Shown here one piece after another: positions 12,230 through 24,708 of a stretch of 64,000 bases of DNA (positions are counted from its first letter, which is position 1; each line of letters opens with the position of its first letter). The DNA lies in assembly GCF_001194135.2 (NCBI RefSeq), contig NC_068981.1, positions 104,045,131-104,109,130 of the forward strand, in the 5' to 3' direction. The notes beneath the pieces were generated by a model. That model saw only the letters and a program-made list of their open reading frames with translations, was not told the origin of the DNA and searched no databases. Source of the DNA: Octopus bimaculoides (Eukaryota). Made by a program: the position numbers and the translations under genes.

Positions 12230-12860
12230 TGTGTTGCTCACCACCATGGGTGCGCGTGCATATGGTTCTGCTAATTACAGCTTAATGGTAAAATTCAAAA
12301 GTCTTCGTTTTGGCGCGCTAATTCCAGGAATATATCCGCAAAAAATATTTGCTGCATCTTATATATTCAGTATGAGAACATGGGCAATGGGTAAAATATT
12401 ATTATAAAATCTGGTAATTAGTCATATATTAATTAATATCGATTAATTATCAGGAGGCCAGCACATCTAAAGAATCAAAGAGATTCAGAAATATTATCTG
12501 CAATCTCAGGGGATTAAGGTACATTTTAAAAAATAACGTCGACCACTAACGTGGACAATTAATGCGCTAGAAATAGATCACATCTTGTGTCTATTAAGAC
12601 CTAAATTGTTCTCAACATGAAATATAGCAGCATGTATATATATGCATGTGCTAGCTTCCTGGTAATAAATCGATATTAATTAATATCGGATTTTTACCCT
12701 ATGTTTTAATTTTATATGTATATATGTATGTATATATCAAAATAAGCAACAAGGATATCGAAAGTTAATGCAGTACGATCGTTTCATGCGACTCCATTTA
12801 ATTAAGAAATGTGAACATTACATCAAATATGAAATGCAGAGCAATCCTCAGCTCCACAAA
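12230..12860. mobile_element. TA-flanked element with ~40-bp inverted repeats and a degenerate hammerhead-like motif
   Basis: 12430-12467 and 12646-12682 are reverse complements. Minus strand 12770-12855 reads CTGAGGA-ttgc..gcat-GAAAC-GATC-GTA-ctgc. Confidence 0.5.
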
Positions 12861-13089
12861 GAGATAGAAATTTACTGAAATTTCATTTCAACAGGACATG
12901 TTTTTATAACTACATTTAAACTCACCAAGTAGAAAGGAAGATGCATTTTATTATGACCCCAGAATTGCAAAGCTGTCATAACCGCATTAAGACAAAACTA
13001 AATGATCTCCTTGACACAACAATGTGTGTCTGTATCTTCCTTGCGATGTCCAGAAGCCTCTGATGAATAGTTGGTATCTTTTGTAACGT

Positions 13090-13620
13090 AAGCAACATAA
13101 TCATCAGTAGGGGAAGTTGCACTGAAAGCATGGAGGTCTGAATCAGAAAAAGTTTGGAGAGCTGTTACTTCAGCTGGCAACAGTGGTATATGTCTCTGAA
13201 TGAAAGGCAGATTGTGTGATGCATGTGTACAAATGAAAGACAGATTGTGTGATACATGTGAAGCATGGGCAGTGAATGCAGAGGATGTGCAAAGATTTGA
13301 AAGAAACATGTATGATCCATTGGATGTGAAATGTTATTGTGCATGAGCTATAGGGCACAGATAAACTGAGGAAGCCCTCATTTTGCTAATGCATATGGAT
13401 GATGATGATGGGTGGATAATGACATGCCAGGAGATTCATGTAGAAAGATCCAATAAAAGAGAAAGACCAAAGAAAAATGGGTAGCAATGATATAAGCTGA
13501 TCTCAAGAAGCTGATCATCATAAAGATGATAGGAAAGCAACAGGTCAAAGGATGCTTTTGGCAAGGAAACATCAAACCCATGCAAGCATGGAAAAACAGA
13601 TGTAAGAATTATTATGATAA
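13090..13620 (+). pseudogene. Decayed RTE-clade LINE 3' fragment
   Basis: Remnants of GRLYDACV, WAVNAEDVQR.ERN..M.RWMCNV and RGRP.K.W, followed by the catgcaagcatggaaaa tail; homologous to 38545-38930. Confidence 0.7.
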
Positions 13621-14059
13621 GTGTTACAGTTTGACATTAAAAAGAGTACTGAATACATTGTGTCAAATATATTCTTTATATAAATTGAATATGTTTCCTT
13701 AGGACTTGAGTTTCACACTTCTGCAATTTTCAAGTGAGAACTGATTTCTCTCAATATTTGGGTTGGTTTTTCATATATATTGTAGCAGGTTAATTCTTTT
13801 GTCTTTGACTATTATTCTTATTGATTGTTTTTTAAATTTTGAATTAAGATATTGTCTGTGGCTGTTGTTGCTTCATTTTTCAATTTCTTGATTGTTCTGC
13901 CTCTCATTGGTTAACTTGGTTGCTGTTTATGCCATTTTACTGATCCTGTTATTCTGAAGTTATTTTCCTAAAATTGTCTATCTTTATATCATTTCATACT
14001 GGCTGACTCATTTGCCATTCTGTTTTTGCTCATCTATTGTGTGATTGCATGCTACTTAG

Positions 14060-14131
14060 CTCAAGAGTCTTGAAATGGCTTGCAAAGGAGACAGAGATGT
14101 AGCCAAAGATTTGTTGGAAGCTGCCAAGAAA
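14060..14131 (+). CDS. Candidate 72-nt phase 0-0 exon (LKSLEMACKGDRDVAKDLLEAAKK)
   Basis: tacttAG acceptor, GTAAGC donor, only one open frame, amphipathic helix-like peptide. No family assignment. Confidence 0.35.
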
Positions 14132-14803
14132 GTAAGCCATTACATTTGTGCTAAGAGAGAGGACAAATGGTTCAACACTAACAAGTATTGAGGATGATAG
14201 AAACATCTGGACCAGGGTCACAACATCTGATTGAACAAGGCTTGTACCATTGTGTAGGAGTTTTCTCACCTACATCTGAGATGGAGCACAGCAGCACCTT
14301 CAGCACACAAGTGTTTACCCTAAATGTTTGTTTATTGATCAGTCATTGGTTGGTTCAATTGATTTAATATTTGTCTTGTATCTCCCTGTTGATTACATCA
14401 TTCATATATTGGTTTGTTAAAGCTGCTGTTCTGTTAATTTCATAAATTATTATCTTGTTTCTGAAGCAACCGAAGATGTTCCCGATGCTTTCTGTGAGGA
14501 AGGGAGCTGCATCTTGTATTTGATGTCTTTTGCCTGTGAGAAAATTTCAATTTGTCAATAGTGAAGTCAACCAATCGAAATAATTGAAAAATCCACAAAC
14601 TAACTAATGAAACAATAACAAACCGAGACAAACACTCTTATAAAGCATCATTGGAAACCAGCTATAGGAAAATGATTGTGATTGCTAAAGAATAAATTTG
14701 CTCTAATATATATAAAACCAACATAAATACTCAAAGAGAGAAGTTCTCATTTGATCATAGTAATATTTAGTGGTTGATACAAAACTACTTGAATTGAAAG
14801 CTC

Positions 14804-14839
<36 letters not shown>

Positions 14840-15234
14840 CCTCTCCCTCTCTCTCTCTCTCTCTCTGATCTGTGTTCATTGGCCGCAAGAAATTTTGTAT
14901 TTTTAACTTACCTCATAAAATGAATGCACTAGAGAGAAGTACTTGTGTTTACAAGAGAACTACTTAGCAAAGGTAGAACTAGGCTTATTTGTTTTGTTGA
15001 TATGATATATCAGACATCCTTTCCATTTATTCCTTCATTTGAGACTTACACAAAGCCCTGAATTATTTATAATTGCTTTTAATTATTTGAGTCATACTTC
15101 CATAATGATGATTTAAGTTGTACTCTGTTTAGTTTGAGTGAGTCTTAGTAGCATACCTTCACACACATACATGCAATTGTATATGTATCTATATATGTGT
15201 ATTTACGTGTGTGTGTATGGATGTCTTTGTGAAT

Positions 15235-15500
15235 GTGTGTGATCATGAGATTATAGTTTCCATTCCTAGACCAGGTGGTGCATTGTGTTCCTGGGCAAAA
15301 CACTTCTTCTCGTGTTGTTCTGCAATCACTTCGATACCTGACATGTCGTACATCGTGTGCTTGTTCAGGCAATGTTGATTTGATGGAAGGAGTGAGCTAA
15401 TCTCCAGTACAAATATTTCGATCACTACAAACAAATCATTTGTGCAGGTCATTCAGAAAAAGCTGAATGCTCATATGTCATCTTCGACGGGAGAGTCTAT
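15235..15500 (+). mobile_element. Degenerate SINE (CORE-like head, distinct tail)
   Basis: tgtgttcctgggcaaaacacttc CORE-like segment preceded by a degenerate B-box. Confidence 0.5.
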
Positions 15501-16439
15501 AATACACAGATTATATATATATGTATGCATGTATATATATTGTGTGTATGTGTGTGTAATCATGTATGACCTTTGCTGGGTCGACTGGGTGACGAAAGTG
15601 TGATGTTGAAAGACTTGAAACCCCACTGGCCATGCATCCCAGAGCATCCCCAAGATGTACCTTTAAACTAAGCTATATATATATAACCATGTGTATGTAT
15701 ATCAAAACCATAATGATATCCGTTAGGCTGCTGATGATGGAAATGTATGTTTGATATACATGTTGTCTCTGAATCTTTTATATCTTGTACTTCATTTTTG
15801 TAGGGTTGAACTTGTTAAGGGATTTTTGGTTTCCTGGTTTATGGTGGTGGTGTTTTTTTTTTATACTACACATTCATTTTGCATGATTGTCCTTCATAGG
15901 GATTCTAATTCTGGTTGGGGTAATACTTATTTAAATGTTTCTAGTTTATGGAATATTTGTTGTAAATACATATATATGTACTCATACACACATATGCATA
16001 TATTTATGCATATATGTATGGGTGCATCTCTACATATGTTTATGTGTATCTTTGTAAGCTCCAGATATAATGTATGTATAATTTATATGCTCCAGATATA
16101 ATGTATGTACAATTTATATGAAATATTGAGTATAAGACCTATGTACTTATAAATGCATGAAAAATATATGCATGCATTTCTAGTAGAGGTGTTAAAATTG
16201 AGTATGTGTGTATATAAGGAATATGTGTACAGATATTTTAAGTTATACATCCACACACATGAATGAATTTGTGTCTTGCCATATTCATATATATGTTTTT
16301 ATGGTTTTGTGTGCATCAGATTGATATATACACACATATATGCATGTATAAATTATGTGCATGCACACATTTATGCATATGTGTTTATGTCTGTATGTGT
16401 CTGGATAAGAATGAGAGAAAGGGGAGATTATATATGCAT

Positions 16440-16544
16440 ATTTTATATGAACGTGTTTATAAATGTATTATATATATATATATATAGCTGTATGTGTATT
16501 TGTGTGTGTGTATGTATATATATATATATAGTTGTATGTGTGTT

Positions 16545-16583
<39 letters not shown>

Positions 16584-16684
16584 GTGTGTGTATTTGTATA
16601 TATGTATATACTGTTGTGTGTGTATTTGTGTTTGTACATATATATATATATATATGTATATACACATATTCAGATACACTACAG

Positions 16685-16746
<62 letters not shown>

Positions 16747-16763
16747 CAGAGATACACACAGCA

Positions 16764-16795
<32 letters not shown>

Positions 16796-16835
16796 GTGTA
16801 TGTATGGTTTTGTGTATGTATGTGTGTGTGTATGT
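16440..16835. repeat. Compound (TA)n/(GT)n/(CA)n microsatellite cluster
   Basis: Direct reading; source of the overlapping ORFs at 16263-17120. Confidence 0.95.
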
Positions 16836-17619
16836 AAGTTATATTATGTCATATTATATTGCCAAGGCAGGCCATTGGGTAGAAAGTTATTAACATATAT
16901 AATTTGCTTCTTGTATCCTCTAAATGCTGAATTGTTTTGTTTATCAATGCATAACTACATGTGCGTGAATGTGTGCATGCTGCATGTGTACATGTGTGTG
17001 CCTGTCTGCCTCTGTATGTGTGTGTGTGACTTAATATTATATACCAGCACTAAGCCTGTCATATTTAACATCTCTCTCCATATTACGAATGCAGGCCTAC
17101 AATATTGCTTCCATCCCTAATGTCTTCTTTTTTATTGCCCATTTATATTTATATTCTTGGATATACATTGGATGGTTGGATAGATGAGTCCACGAATCAA
17201 TCCATGATGTATTCTGAAAATATTCAAATTTGGATATTTTCTTTTTATTTTCTGCATGCGTGTATGTGTGTTTTAGTTTTGCTTTTAAACATTTACCCTA
17301 AAAGAATTTATTCATATGGAAGCTTGGATAGGTCTGATGGGTAGATTCTATACTTCTTCAGTATCATACTTTTACAGTAGTTTATAATATCTATCTATAG
17401 ATTTGTCCTTTTTGGTCTTTCTTTTTTCTTTTGTGTGCATCTTGTGTCTCTCTAGCCATCAATCACTCCATCCATGCACTATTTCTCTGTCTCTGGAGAA
17501 CCTGTATGTGGTTGCTCGACCTGCAAGAAGTAGCAACCTTATCGCTCCCTCAAAATGATACCCTAACACCTTAAAAAAAGGACAGATGTATATCCAAGGT
17601 AATGTGGTCCTGCATATAT

Positions 17620-17890
17620 CTTTTGCCTTTTACTTGTTCCAACCATTAGATTGTGGCCAGACTGGAGCACTGCCTTGAAGAGTTTTAGTTGAATGTACTT
17701 ATTTTTTCAAGCTAGGTACTTATTCTATCAGTCCCTTTTGCCAAACCACTAAGTTACAGGGATGTAAACACACCAGCACCAGTTGTCAAGCAGTGGTGGT
17801 GGTGGGGACAAATGCAGACACAAACACACACACACACAGATACATACACACAATGGGCTTCTTTCAGTTTCTGTCTACCAAATCCACTCA
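17620..17890 (-). mobile_element. SINE family A, tail and core
   Basis: Reverse complement of tail, (CA) array and start of head. Confidence 0.8.
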
Positions 17891-17959
17891 CAAGGCTTTA
17901 TTATATCTTTAAACAAAGATGAAAAGATCAAAACTTGAACTCCTTTTCATCTTACATAA

Positions 17960-18350
17960 CTGGGTGTGTGGTTAAGGAGCCTGCTTCTTAACTATGTGAT
18001 CTTTGGTTCATTCCTATGGTGTGGCATCTTGGGCAAGTGTCTTTTACAATAATCTCAGGCTGGCCAACAAAAGCCTTGTAAGTGGATTTCATCATGTGTG
18101 TGTGTGTGTGTGTGCATGTGTGTGTGTGCGTGTGTGTGTGTGCATGTGTGTGTGTATGTGTGCATGTGTGTGTGTATGTATGTACCCTTGTCATGACACC
18201 ATTTGATGGTTGTAGGTGTGCACCACTGTCATACAAGTGATGTTGTTTGTTTGCAGTCTTCCATGTAAAACATGTCTGGTTAGGAAGAGCATCTAGCAGC
18301 AGAAAATCTGCCTAAACAAATTCTATCTGACTCATGCAAGCATGGAAAAA
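17960..18350 (+). mobile_element. SINE with family-A head, (GT)n core and RTE-like tail (tail E)
   Basis: Head 17960-18090, GT array, tail ending actcatgcaagcatggaaaa. Confidence 0.7.
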
Positions 18351-18514
18351 AAGAAAAGCTTGTGGTAAGAAGTTTGCTTCCCAACCACATGGTTCTGGCT
18401 TCAGTCCCACTGCATGGTACCTAATTATTGAGAGTAATCTGAAATGATATTATATGAATATGAAAAATTGCAGCTTAATGCAGCAGATGTAGAAACATAT
18501 GTTGCAATGCATAA

Positions 18515-21141
18515 CACTAAACAACAAAATGTTTGCTACTATTAGATGAAATGGTGCTCATAGGTAATTTGGGAGCACTGATTCCAAATCTGCAATCATT
18601 TTTGCTCTAGCATGTCACATTTTTGTACTATCATTATTATGCTGCTATCAAAATTATAATTATGTGAAAATTCATGACAAATAAAATGAATGTTATATTA
18701 AGTTTAAATAACCATTATTTGGTCTAAGAACAATAGCAACTAGGTGGATAAGTAACTCTAAAACCAATAAGACACAAAACAAAAGTGTAAAATGAAAATG
18801 AATATTATTAATTTTATGTTTTTCAAAAATAGCTTTGGCGTCTTCTTTTATGCTTATGTTGCATGCCCATTTCTCATTTTAAAAACCAACAGTAGTCCGT
18901 CAGCATGTTTGGTGTAAGTCTGCCATTCTAGCAGCTTTCTAGCTCTTTGATTTCTTGATGAAATCATTCACCATGCTCATTACTTACATCACCCATATTG
19001 GGTGGAAAAAAGACAAGATGAGAGTGGAGAAAATGAATTTTTAGAGACATTCTTGCTCCAAGTTGCTTGTAAGCTTTCAAAAAATCATTCACAATTGCAA
19101 TGTAGTTAGATGATTTTTCATTCCCCAAAACTTTTTTTACAAGAGAAACAAACTTTTCCCCAGCAGTTTTCTCTATTGGTCTTAGTTTTTCTTGAAAAAG
19201 CTCAGTACAAATTAGTGTGCAAATTTCTGGTCCATTAAAAACACCAGCTTCACTCTTGCTAGAAACAAAATTTTCACTGAGATATTTGAATCCTTCACTG
19301 TCTTCATTCATGGCCTTAACAAAATTCTTAAACAAGCCAAGATTAATGTGTAAGGGAGGAAGGTAAATTTTCTGAGGGTCAACTAAAGGGATATATTTAA
19401 TGTTGTATCTCCCTGGAGTGAAATCACTTCTCTTTGGCCACTCTTTTTGATCATAGGGATGTTTGTCATCTCTGCTGTTCCAAAGGCGCAAAAAGCACCA
19501 ATGCATTGTATACCCCATTTGCAACCAAAGAAATAAACCAATGACTTTCACATCCCTGCATATATTCCACTTGTGCTCAGAATATTTAATCAAGTGTAAA
19601 ATTTTATCCATTTTATTCATAAGTTTCCGTTAATCCTACAGCATGTACTACTGGTATTGAGGGTTTTTGATTGCCATTATGCAGCAAAACAGCTTTTAGG
19701 TTTGCTTTGCTGGAATCTATGAATCACATCAAAAACAAATACCGTCTTTCTCTGTAAAAAAAATCATGCAATTTTGTATGCCATTTTCGAAAATATGAGC
19801 ATTTTACACTATCATGTAAAAGATTCCATTTTTTCCACCTGGAGCCCAAGTGTTCTGACTTTTCGTTTGTTAAATCCCAGTCTAACTAAATCATTTAACT
19901 CAAGTTGACTTAATAAATGAGGAACTTTCTTTGAAGATCCTGGTTCATCACAGTGATCTGCTGTATCACTCGGCACGCCTTCAATTGAAGTAGATTCAGT
20001 ACTTTCTTCACTTAAACTATCTTTGTCAAAAGATGAAGGAGGTTCTGGAATTGGAATATTTTCAGGAGCATGAACAACTGGTTTTAAAGCTGAAGGGCAA
20101 TCTGGATAAACAATCTTGGATTTGTTGTTTCTTAGAGAAACCTGTGATGTTAGTTAAGCAGAAATAATGATTGGTATAGTGATTTGTTGGTTTGCGCCAT
20201 ATCATTGATACTGCAAATGGCATACTTTTCCATTTACCATTCAGTCATTGGGTTAGTGCTATGTAGCAGTTTTTGCAACAACCATGAGGTGCCCACAGTT
20301 TATCTTGGTCCCCAACTTTGCACCCAAAGTAAAGCTTGTAGGCATTTTAAAATTTCTTTGTAAGCTTATTTCTCTGATCTTTTAGCATAAATTTTCTACA
20401 CATAACAAAAGCTGTCCAGGTGATTAGCACAAACTTTTCTCCTCATTATAAATACATACAATAATAACTTAAATCAACACTCAGAGAAGCCTATAAGTAA
20501 ACTAAAATATAAAATTAATCAACTATAAATGTTACTGTAAGACATCAAAATATATTTCTCAAAAAAAAACAACAAATCATTGAAATTATTATAGAATGCA
20601 CTGAAGCTATGGCTATCATGAAACAGTTTTTTTTCTATCTTTAAATTTCAAACATTGATCACTTTAATAAATAACTAAGCTAACTACTAAACTACTTTTC
20701 ATATAACCTGGCTATTTTATTTGATGTACTTTGTTTTAACAGCACTAGCAGTTATAAAAACAAGGGAGTCTGAGAGGCTTACTATAACCTAATATCAATA
20801 GCCTATTGTGAGGAGAACTTTACTATAATTACAGCAATAACAAAGTTAAATAAATTCTCATCTTGTGTGGCAATTTAACAGGTAGCCTACATTTCCCTCT
20901 ATCAGCACTTATTTTTGTTTCAGTGATGAGTATATGAATGAAAATCGAAAGCAAATAGCCTACTACTTTATCAATATTATCAATGTTAAATTGGTTGGAA
21001 AATCTGATGCTGTGAATAACTAAAAAACTACATATGCTGTCTGAAAACTGATGTCAGATTCGGATTCAGCACCCTAAAATTACCCTAAATCGGGTGAAAA
21101 AGTTTAAATAGCATGACAAAAAATTTTTTTGTTGACCAGTG
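18515..21141 (-). mobile_element. Full-length Chapaev3-type (CMC superfamily) DNA transposon
   Basis: Termini cactaaacaacaaaa and cactggtcaacaaaa (reverse complement), matching subterminal ggtaattt..gcactgattccaaatctg / ggtaattttagggtgctgaatccgaatctg, TAA on both flanks (18512-18514, 21142-21144). Confidence 0.85.
18874..20446 (-). pseudogene. Chapaev3-type transposase, frameshifted and with stops
   Basis: MRRKVCANHLDSFCYV..YFGCKVGDQDKLWAPHGCCKNC..MPFAVSMIWRKP (Cys-rich N-terminus); PPLHINLGLFKNFVKA, MSLKIHFLHSHL, VSNEHGE*FHQEI..MLTDYCW (includes ORF 18964-19620). Confidence 0.85.
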
Positions 21142-21229
21142 TAATCAAAGGCCATAAATTCCCATCCTCTTATTGTTATTGTTGTTGTTGTAGTTGTCAT
21201 TGTCCTCCTCCTCATTATTATAATATTAA

Positions 21230-21440
21230 GGCATTGAACTGGTAGAATTCTTAGCACACTGGACAAAATGCTTAGCGGTATTTTGCTCATCACTACATTC
21301 TGAGTTCAAATTCTGCTAAGGTCGACTTTGCCTTTTATCCTCTTGGGGTCAATAAAATAAGTACCATTTGAACACTGGATGATGTAATCAACTCATCCCC
21401 ACCCTAAAAATTTCAGCCCTTGTAGCAAAATTTGAAACCA
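21230..21440 (+). mobile_element. SINE family B
   Basis: Head gagttcaaattc, body gtcgactttgccttttatcc..aaataagtacc, (ATT)n tail. Confidence 0.85.
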
Positions 21441-21494
21441 TTATTATTATTATTATTATTAATATCATTATTATTATTATTATATCCGTTTGTG

Positions 21495-21870
21495 TGTATA
21501 TTTGCTTCGCAACTACATGGTTCTGGGTTCAGTCTCACTGTGCAGCACTTTGGCCAAGTGTGTTCTACTTCAGTGTAAGGCTGACCAAAGCATTGTGAGG
21601 GGATTTAGTAGAAGGAGACTGAAAGAAGTTCATCACACACATATGCGTGTGTGTGTGTGTTTGGCCCCTACCACCACTTGACAGCCAATGTTGCTTTGTT
21701 TACATCCCCATAACTTAGTGGTTCTTCAAAAAGACCAATAAAATAAGTACCAGGCTTCACAAAAAAAAAAAGGTAATAAAATGTATTGGTTAATTCATTC
21801 AACTAAAAACTCTTCATGGTAGTGCCCCAGCATGACCACAGTCTAATGACTGAAACAAGTAAGAAAAGTG
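21495..21870 (+). mobile_element. SINE family A, full length
   Basis: Head, core and tail; abuts the (ATT)n tail of SINE B. Confidence 0.82.
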
Positions 21871-22014
21871 AAAAAGAAAAATGTTTGTATAATGTTTAAA
21901 AAGTGATATAATTTGTAATTTAAAAATCTTTTTATTCCATAAGTTCAGTGTATTTTACAACTGACAGTATTATTTCAAGTTGCAACTTTGCTCTCCTCAA
22001 GGAAATGTTTAAAC

Positions 22015-22260
22015 CAGTGGTTCTGAAATGGGGTTCATTTGACCCTTAGGAATCTACATAAGAATTTGTTGCTAAAAATTACATGTAATAAACTAGTTAC
22101 ATGTCTACAATACACAAAATATTTCAACAATTTTATATACAATTCTTGATAATATTTAATTACAAAAATATTCTTTAAAGGTTTAAATGGCTATCAAGAT
22201 CCATTTGAGTAAAATTGGAATCAATGTGGTCCACAGGCAAAAAAGTGACTGAGAATCAAC
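22015..22260. mobile_element. hAT-like MITE, degenerate reverse copy of 63649-63873
   Basis: cagtggttctgaaa...ggtccacaggcaaaaaagtgactgagaatca. Confidence 0.6.
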
Positions 22261-22647
22261 TTTGGGGGTTGATCAGTTCTAAATCAAAGAATTTGATCCT
22301 CCAAGAAAGATAATCAGGGATATGGAATCATTCCCATCATTGATCACACCAAGTTTATAAAAACTGAGTCAGTTCTCATGGAGGGTCTGCCAAAGCAATG
22401 AGTGTTCTTGTTATTACTCAACTCAGCCTTTCAGCCACTAAAATTACTACCAGTCATGCACTGGGATCGATATAATCAGCTAGACCCCGACCCCAAAATT
22501 TCAGGCCTTGTACCTATTGTAGGTACAAATGCAGCCTCTTATGCCTAACTTACAATAAACCAAAAATAAACAATCACACCATCAAAATCTTGAATTTACA
22601 AAACAACGAATGATTAATTCAAAACAATGTGAATGAAAAATCTTTAT

Positions 22648-22789
22648 TTACATTATTCTTTTTGATGGATATGTGTCCTCATCTTGTTTGTTGTTAACAC
22701 AATGTTACGGCTGATATACCCTCCAGCCTTCATCAGGTGTTTTGGGGAAATTTTGCACCTGTTCTCATTCCTAAGGTATTTTTTTGATG

Positions 22790-22853
<64 letters not shown>

Positions 22854-23145
22854 GGTCACTGCCTGGAATCGAACCATGGGCATATGGCGTAGTGGTTAAG
22901 AGCACAGGCTACTAACCCCAAGATTCCGAGTTCGATTCCAGGCAGTGACCTTAATAATAATAATAGCAACATAAAAAAAATACCTTAGGAATGAGAACCC
23001 AGGTTCAAAATTTCCCCAAGACACCTGATGAAGGCTGGAGGGTATATTAGCCGTAACGTTGTGTTAACAACAAACAAAATGAGGACAAATATCCGTCAAA
23101 TATAAATAATGTACATAATTCCTCATCTCTTAAATATAGAACTGT
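22648..23145 (+). mobile_element. Foldback element: tRNA-like head + (AAT)n + hammerhead-bearing tail, with inverted copy of its 3' part at the 5' end
   Basis: Arms 22648-22876 and 22929-23113 are reverse complements. The loop and adjacent arm hold A-box tggcgtagtgg and B-box gttcgattcc. Confidence 0.75.
23019..23066 (+). ncRNA. Minimal hammerhead-like motif with core substitution GAAA>GTAA (mirror copy ~22695-22742)
   Basis: gacac-CTGATGA-a-ggct..agcc-GTAAC-GTT-gtgtt; stem I gacac/gtgtt. Confidence 0.55.
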
Positions 23146-23454
23146 AAAAAGCTTTATATTTGAAAGAATAATCTGAATGCTAAATGGTTAGCTGACCTCA
23201 AGAAATATCTTTCAAATCTACATCATTTGGTAAAGAGATTTGAGTTTCACATTTTTAGATTCATAAGAGGGTGATAATTGATTATCAATTCCAAATCTTC
23301 CTCTGGTGCCTTAAATCTACTGATGGAGTGATGACCACTGGATGGGGTGGGGGTTATTCAGCAACTATTACATCAGTAAAAAAAAAAACAAAAATAAAAC
23401 ATTTGCTTCTTTCTGACCATGACATCAAGAATAAAGAGCATTAAAACCAATGAG

Positions 23455-23695
23455 ATTTATCATCATCATCATTTTAATGTTCACTTTTCTATGCTTGTGT
23501 GGGTTAGACAGAATTTTTTGAGGCAGATTTTCTATGACTGGATGCCTTCCTCCCCATCTTTTTGTCAGGTAAGATAATGTTTTCATATACCCTGACATGT
23601 TATTCATGGAAGACTGGGAATAAATATCACTTGTATGACAGCGACAATTGTTTACAATCAGTTGACATCAAGAGAAGACACACACATATGTAATA

Positions 23696-23700
<5 letters not shown>
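23455..23700 (-). mobile_element. SINE tail E (RTE-like)
   Basis: catcattttaatgttcacttttctatgcttg...; homologous copies at 24920-25150, 31465-31690 and 59555-59760. Confidence 0.7.
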
Positions 23701-23744
<44 letters not shown>

Positions 23745-23747
<3 letters not shown>

Positions 23748-24055
23748 GCACAGGTGCCACATAAAAAGCACCTGTGCCAGTGTCATATAAGGTCCACTTG
23801 TGATAGTTCCATGTTGAAAGCACCTGTATGGATGCCATATAAAGAGCACCCATGCCAGTGCCACAGAATAGCAATTGGAGCTGGTGCCACATAAAAAGCA
23901 CCCAATGCACTCTGTAAAGTGGTTGGCATTAGGAAGGGCATCCAGCCATAGAAACTATTCCAAAATATGCCAGCAGGCCAGCTCCTGTCAAATTGTCCAA
24001 TCCATGCCAGCATGGAAAGCAGGCATTAAAGGATGACGATAATGATGAAGAGGAT
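23745..24055 (+). mobile_element. RTE-type 3' tail element
   Basis: ggtgccacataaaaagcacc repeats, ttggcattaggaagggcatccagc, catgccagcatggaaag, (gat)n. Confidence 0.75.
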
Positions 24056-24511
24056 AATATATATAGATGGGCTTCTTTCAGATTCTGTCATACCAATAAC
24101 AATTCTACTGATAAGACTTTGGCTGGCCCACAACTATAGCCAAAGACATTCGCCCAAGATGTTGCATTATGGAACTGAACTCAAAATCATTTAATTGAGA
24201 AGCAAGCATCTTAATCACACAGCCATTCCTACACTTAAGACATTCAGTTGCTATATTTAATTTAAATGTTGTGGATCATACATAAGAGTCCACTGTGCCT
24301 CTGTTGGCAAGGTAATTGCTCCAGTTTACCTAACTAAACACTGAATTAATTCTACTCTAATTTCATAGTTGATTGATTTGTTATAGGAAGTGCATTCAGC
24401 TCTGAAAATAATTGCTCCATACTAGTATGAAAAAAATGGATGTGAAACAGTACAATAATTTTTGTAGCTCAATTCCAGCCGATTACTTCCTTCATATCTA
24501 CCAAAACTTAA

Positions 24512-24708
24512 CCCTTTAGCATTCAGATTATTCTGTCAAATGTAATGCTTATTTATTCATATTGTTTTGAATTAATCATGCATTATCTTGCAGCCTTGAG
24601 ATTTTAATGATGTCATTGCTTATTTTTTACAATGACATTATCGGCCAGATCTGGCCAGTTTGACCATAAAATAGATAGAATATTTTGGCAGATTTGAGTG
24701 CCAAAGGG
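24512..24708. mobile_element. piggyBac-like MITE
   Basis: TTAA|ccctttagcattca ... tgagtgccaaaggg|TTAA. Confidence 0.85.

Noticed and set aside
13040-13075. CTGATGA at ~13050 as a hammerhead (likewise ~47550 and 55094)
   Set aside because: No downstream GAAA-stem III-NUH arrangement or stem I partner.
14912-14928. Minus-strand 17-nt microexon (tctctAG...gag|GTAAGT)
   Set aside because: Good splice signals, but no frame preservation or partner exons; expected by chance in 64 kb.
18964-19620. 218-aa ORF as a host gene
   Set aside because: It is the longest open piece of a disrupted transposase between TIRs, with an in-frame stop at the conserved GERFHQ position.
22880-22950. Possible genuine tRNA gene
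   Set aside because: A- and B-boxes are present, but the acceptor and T stems do not pair; treated as a tRNA-derived head.
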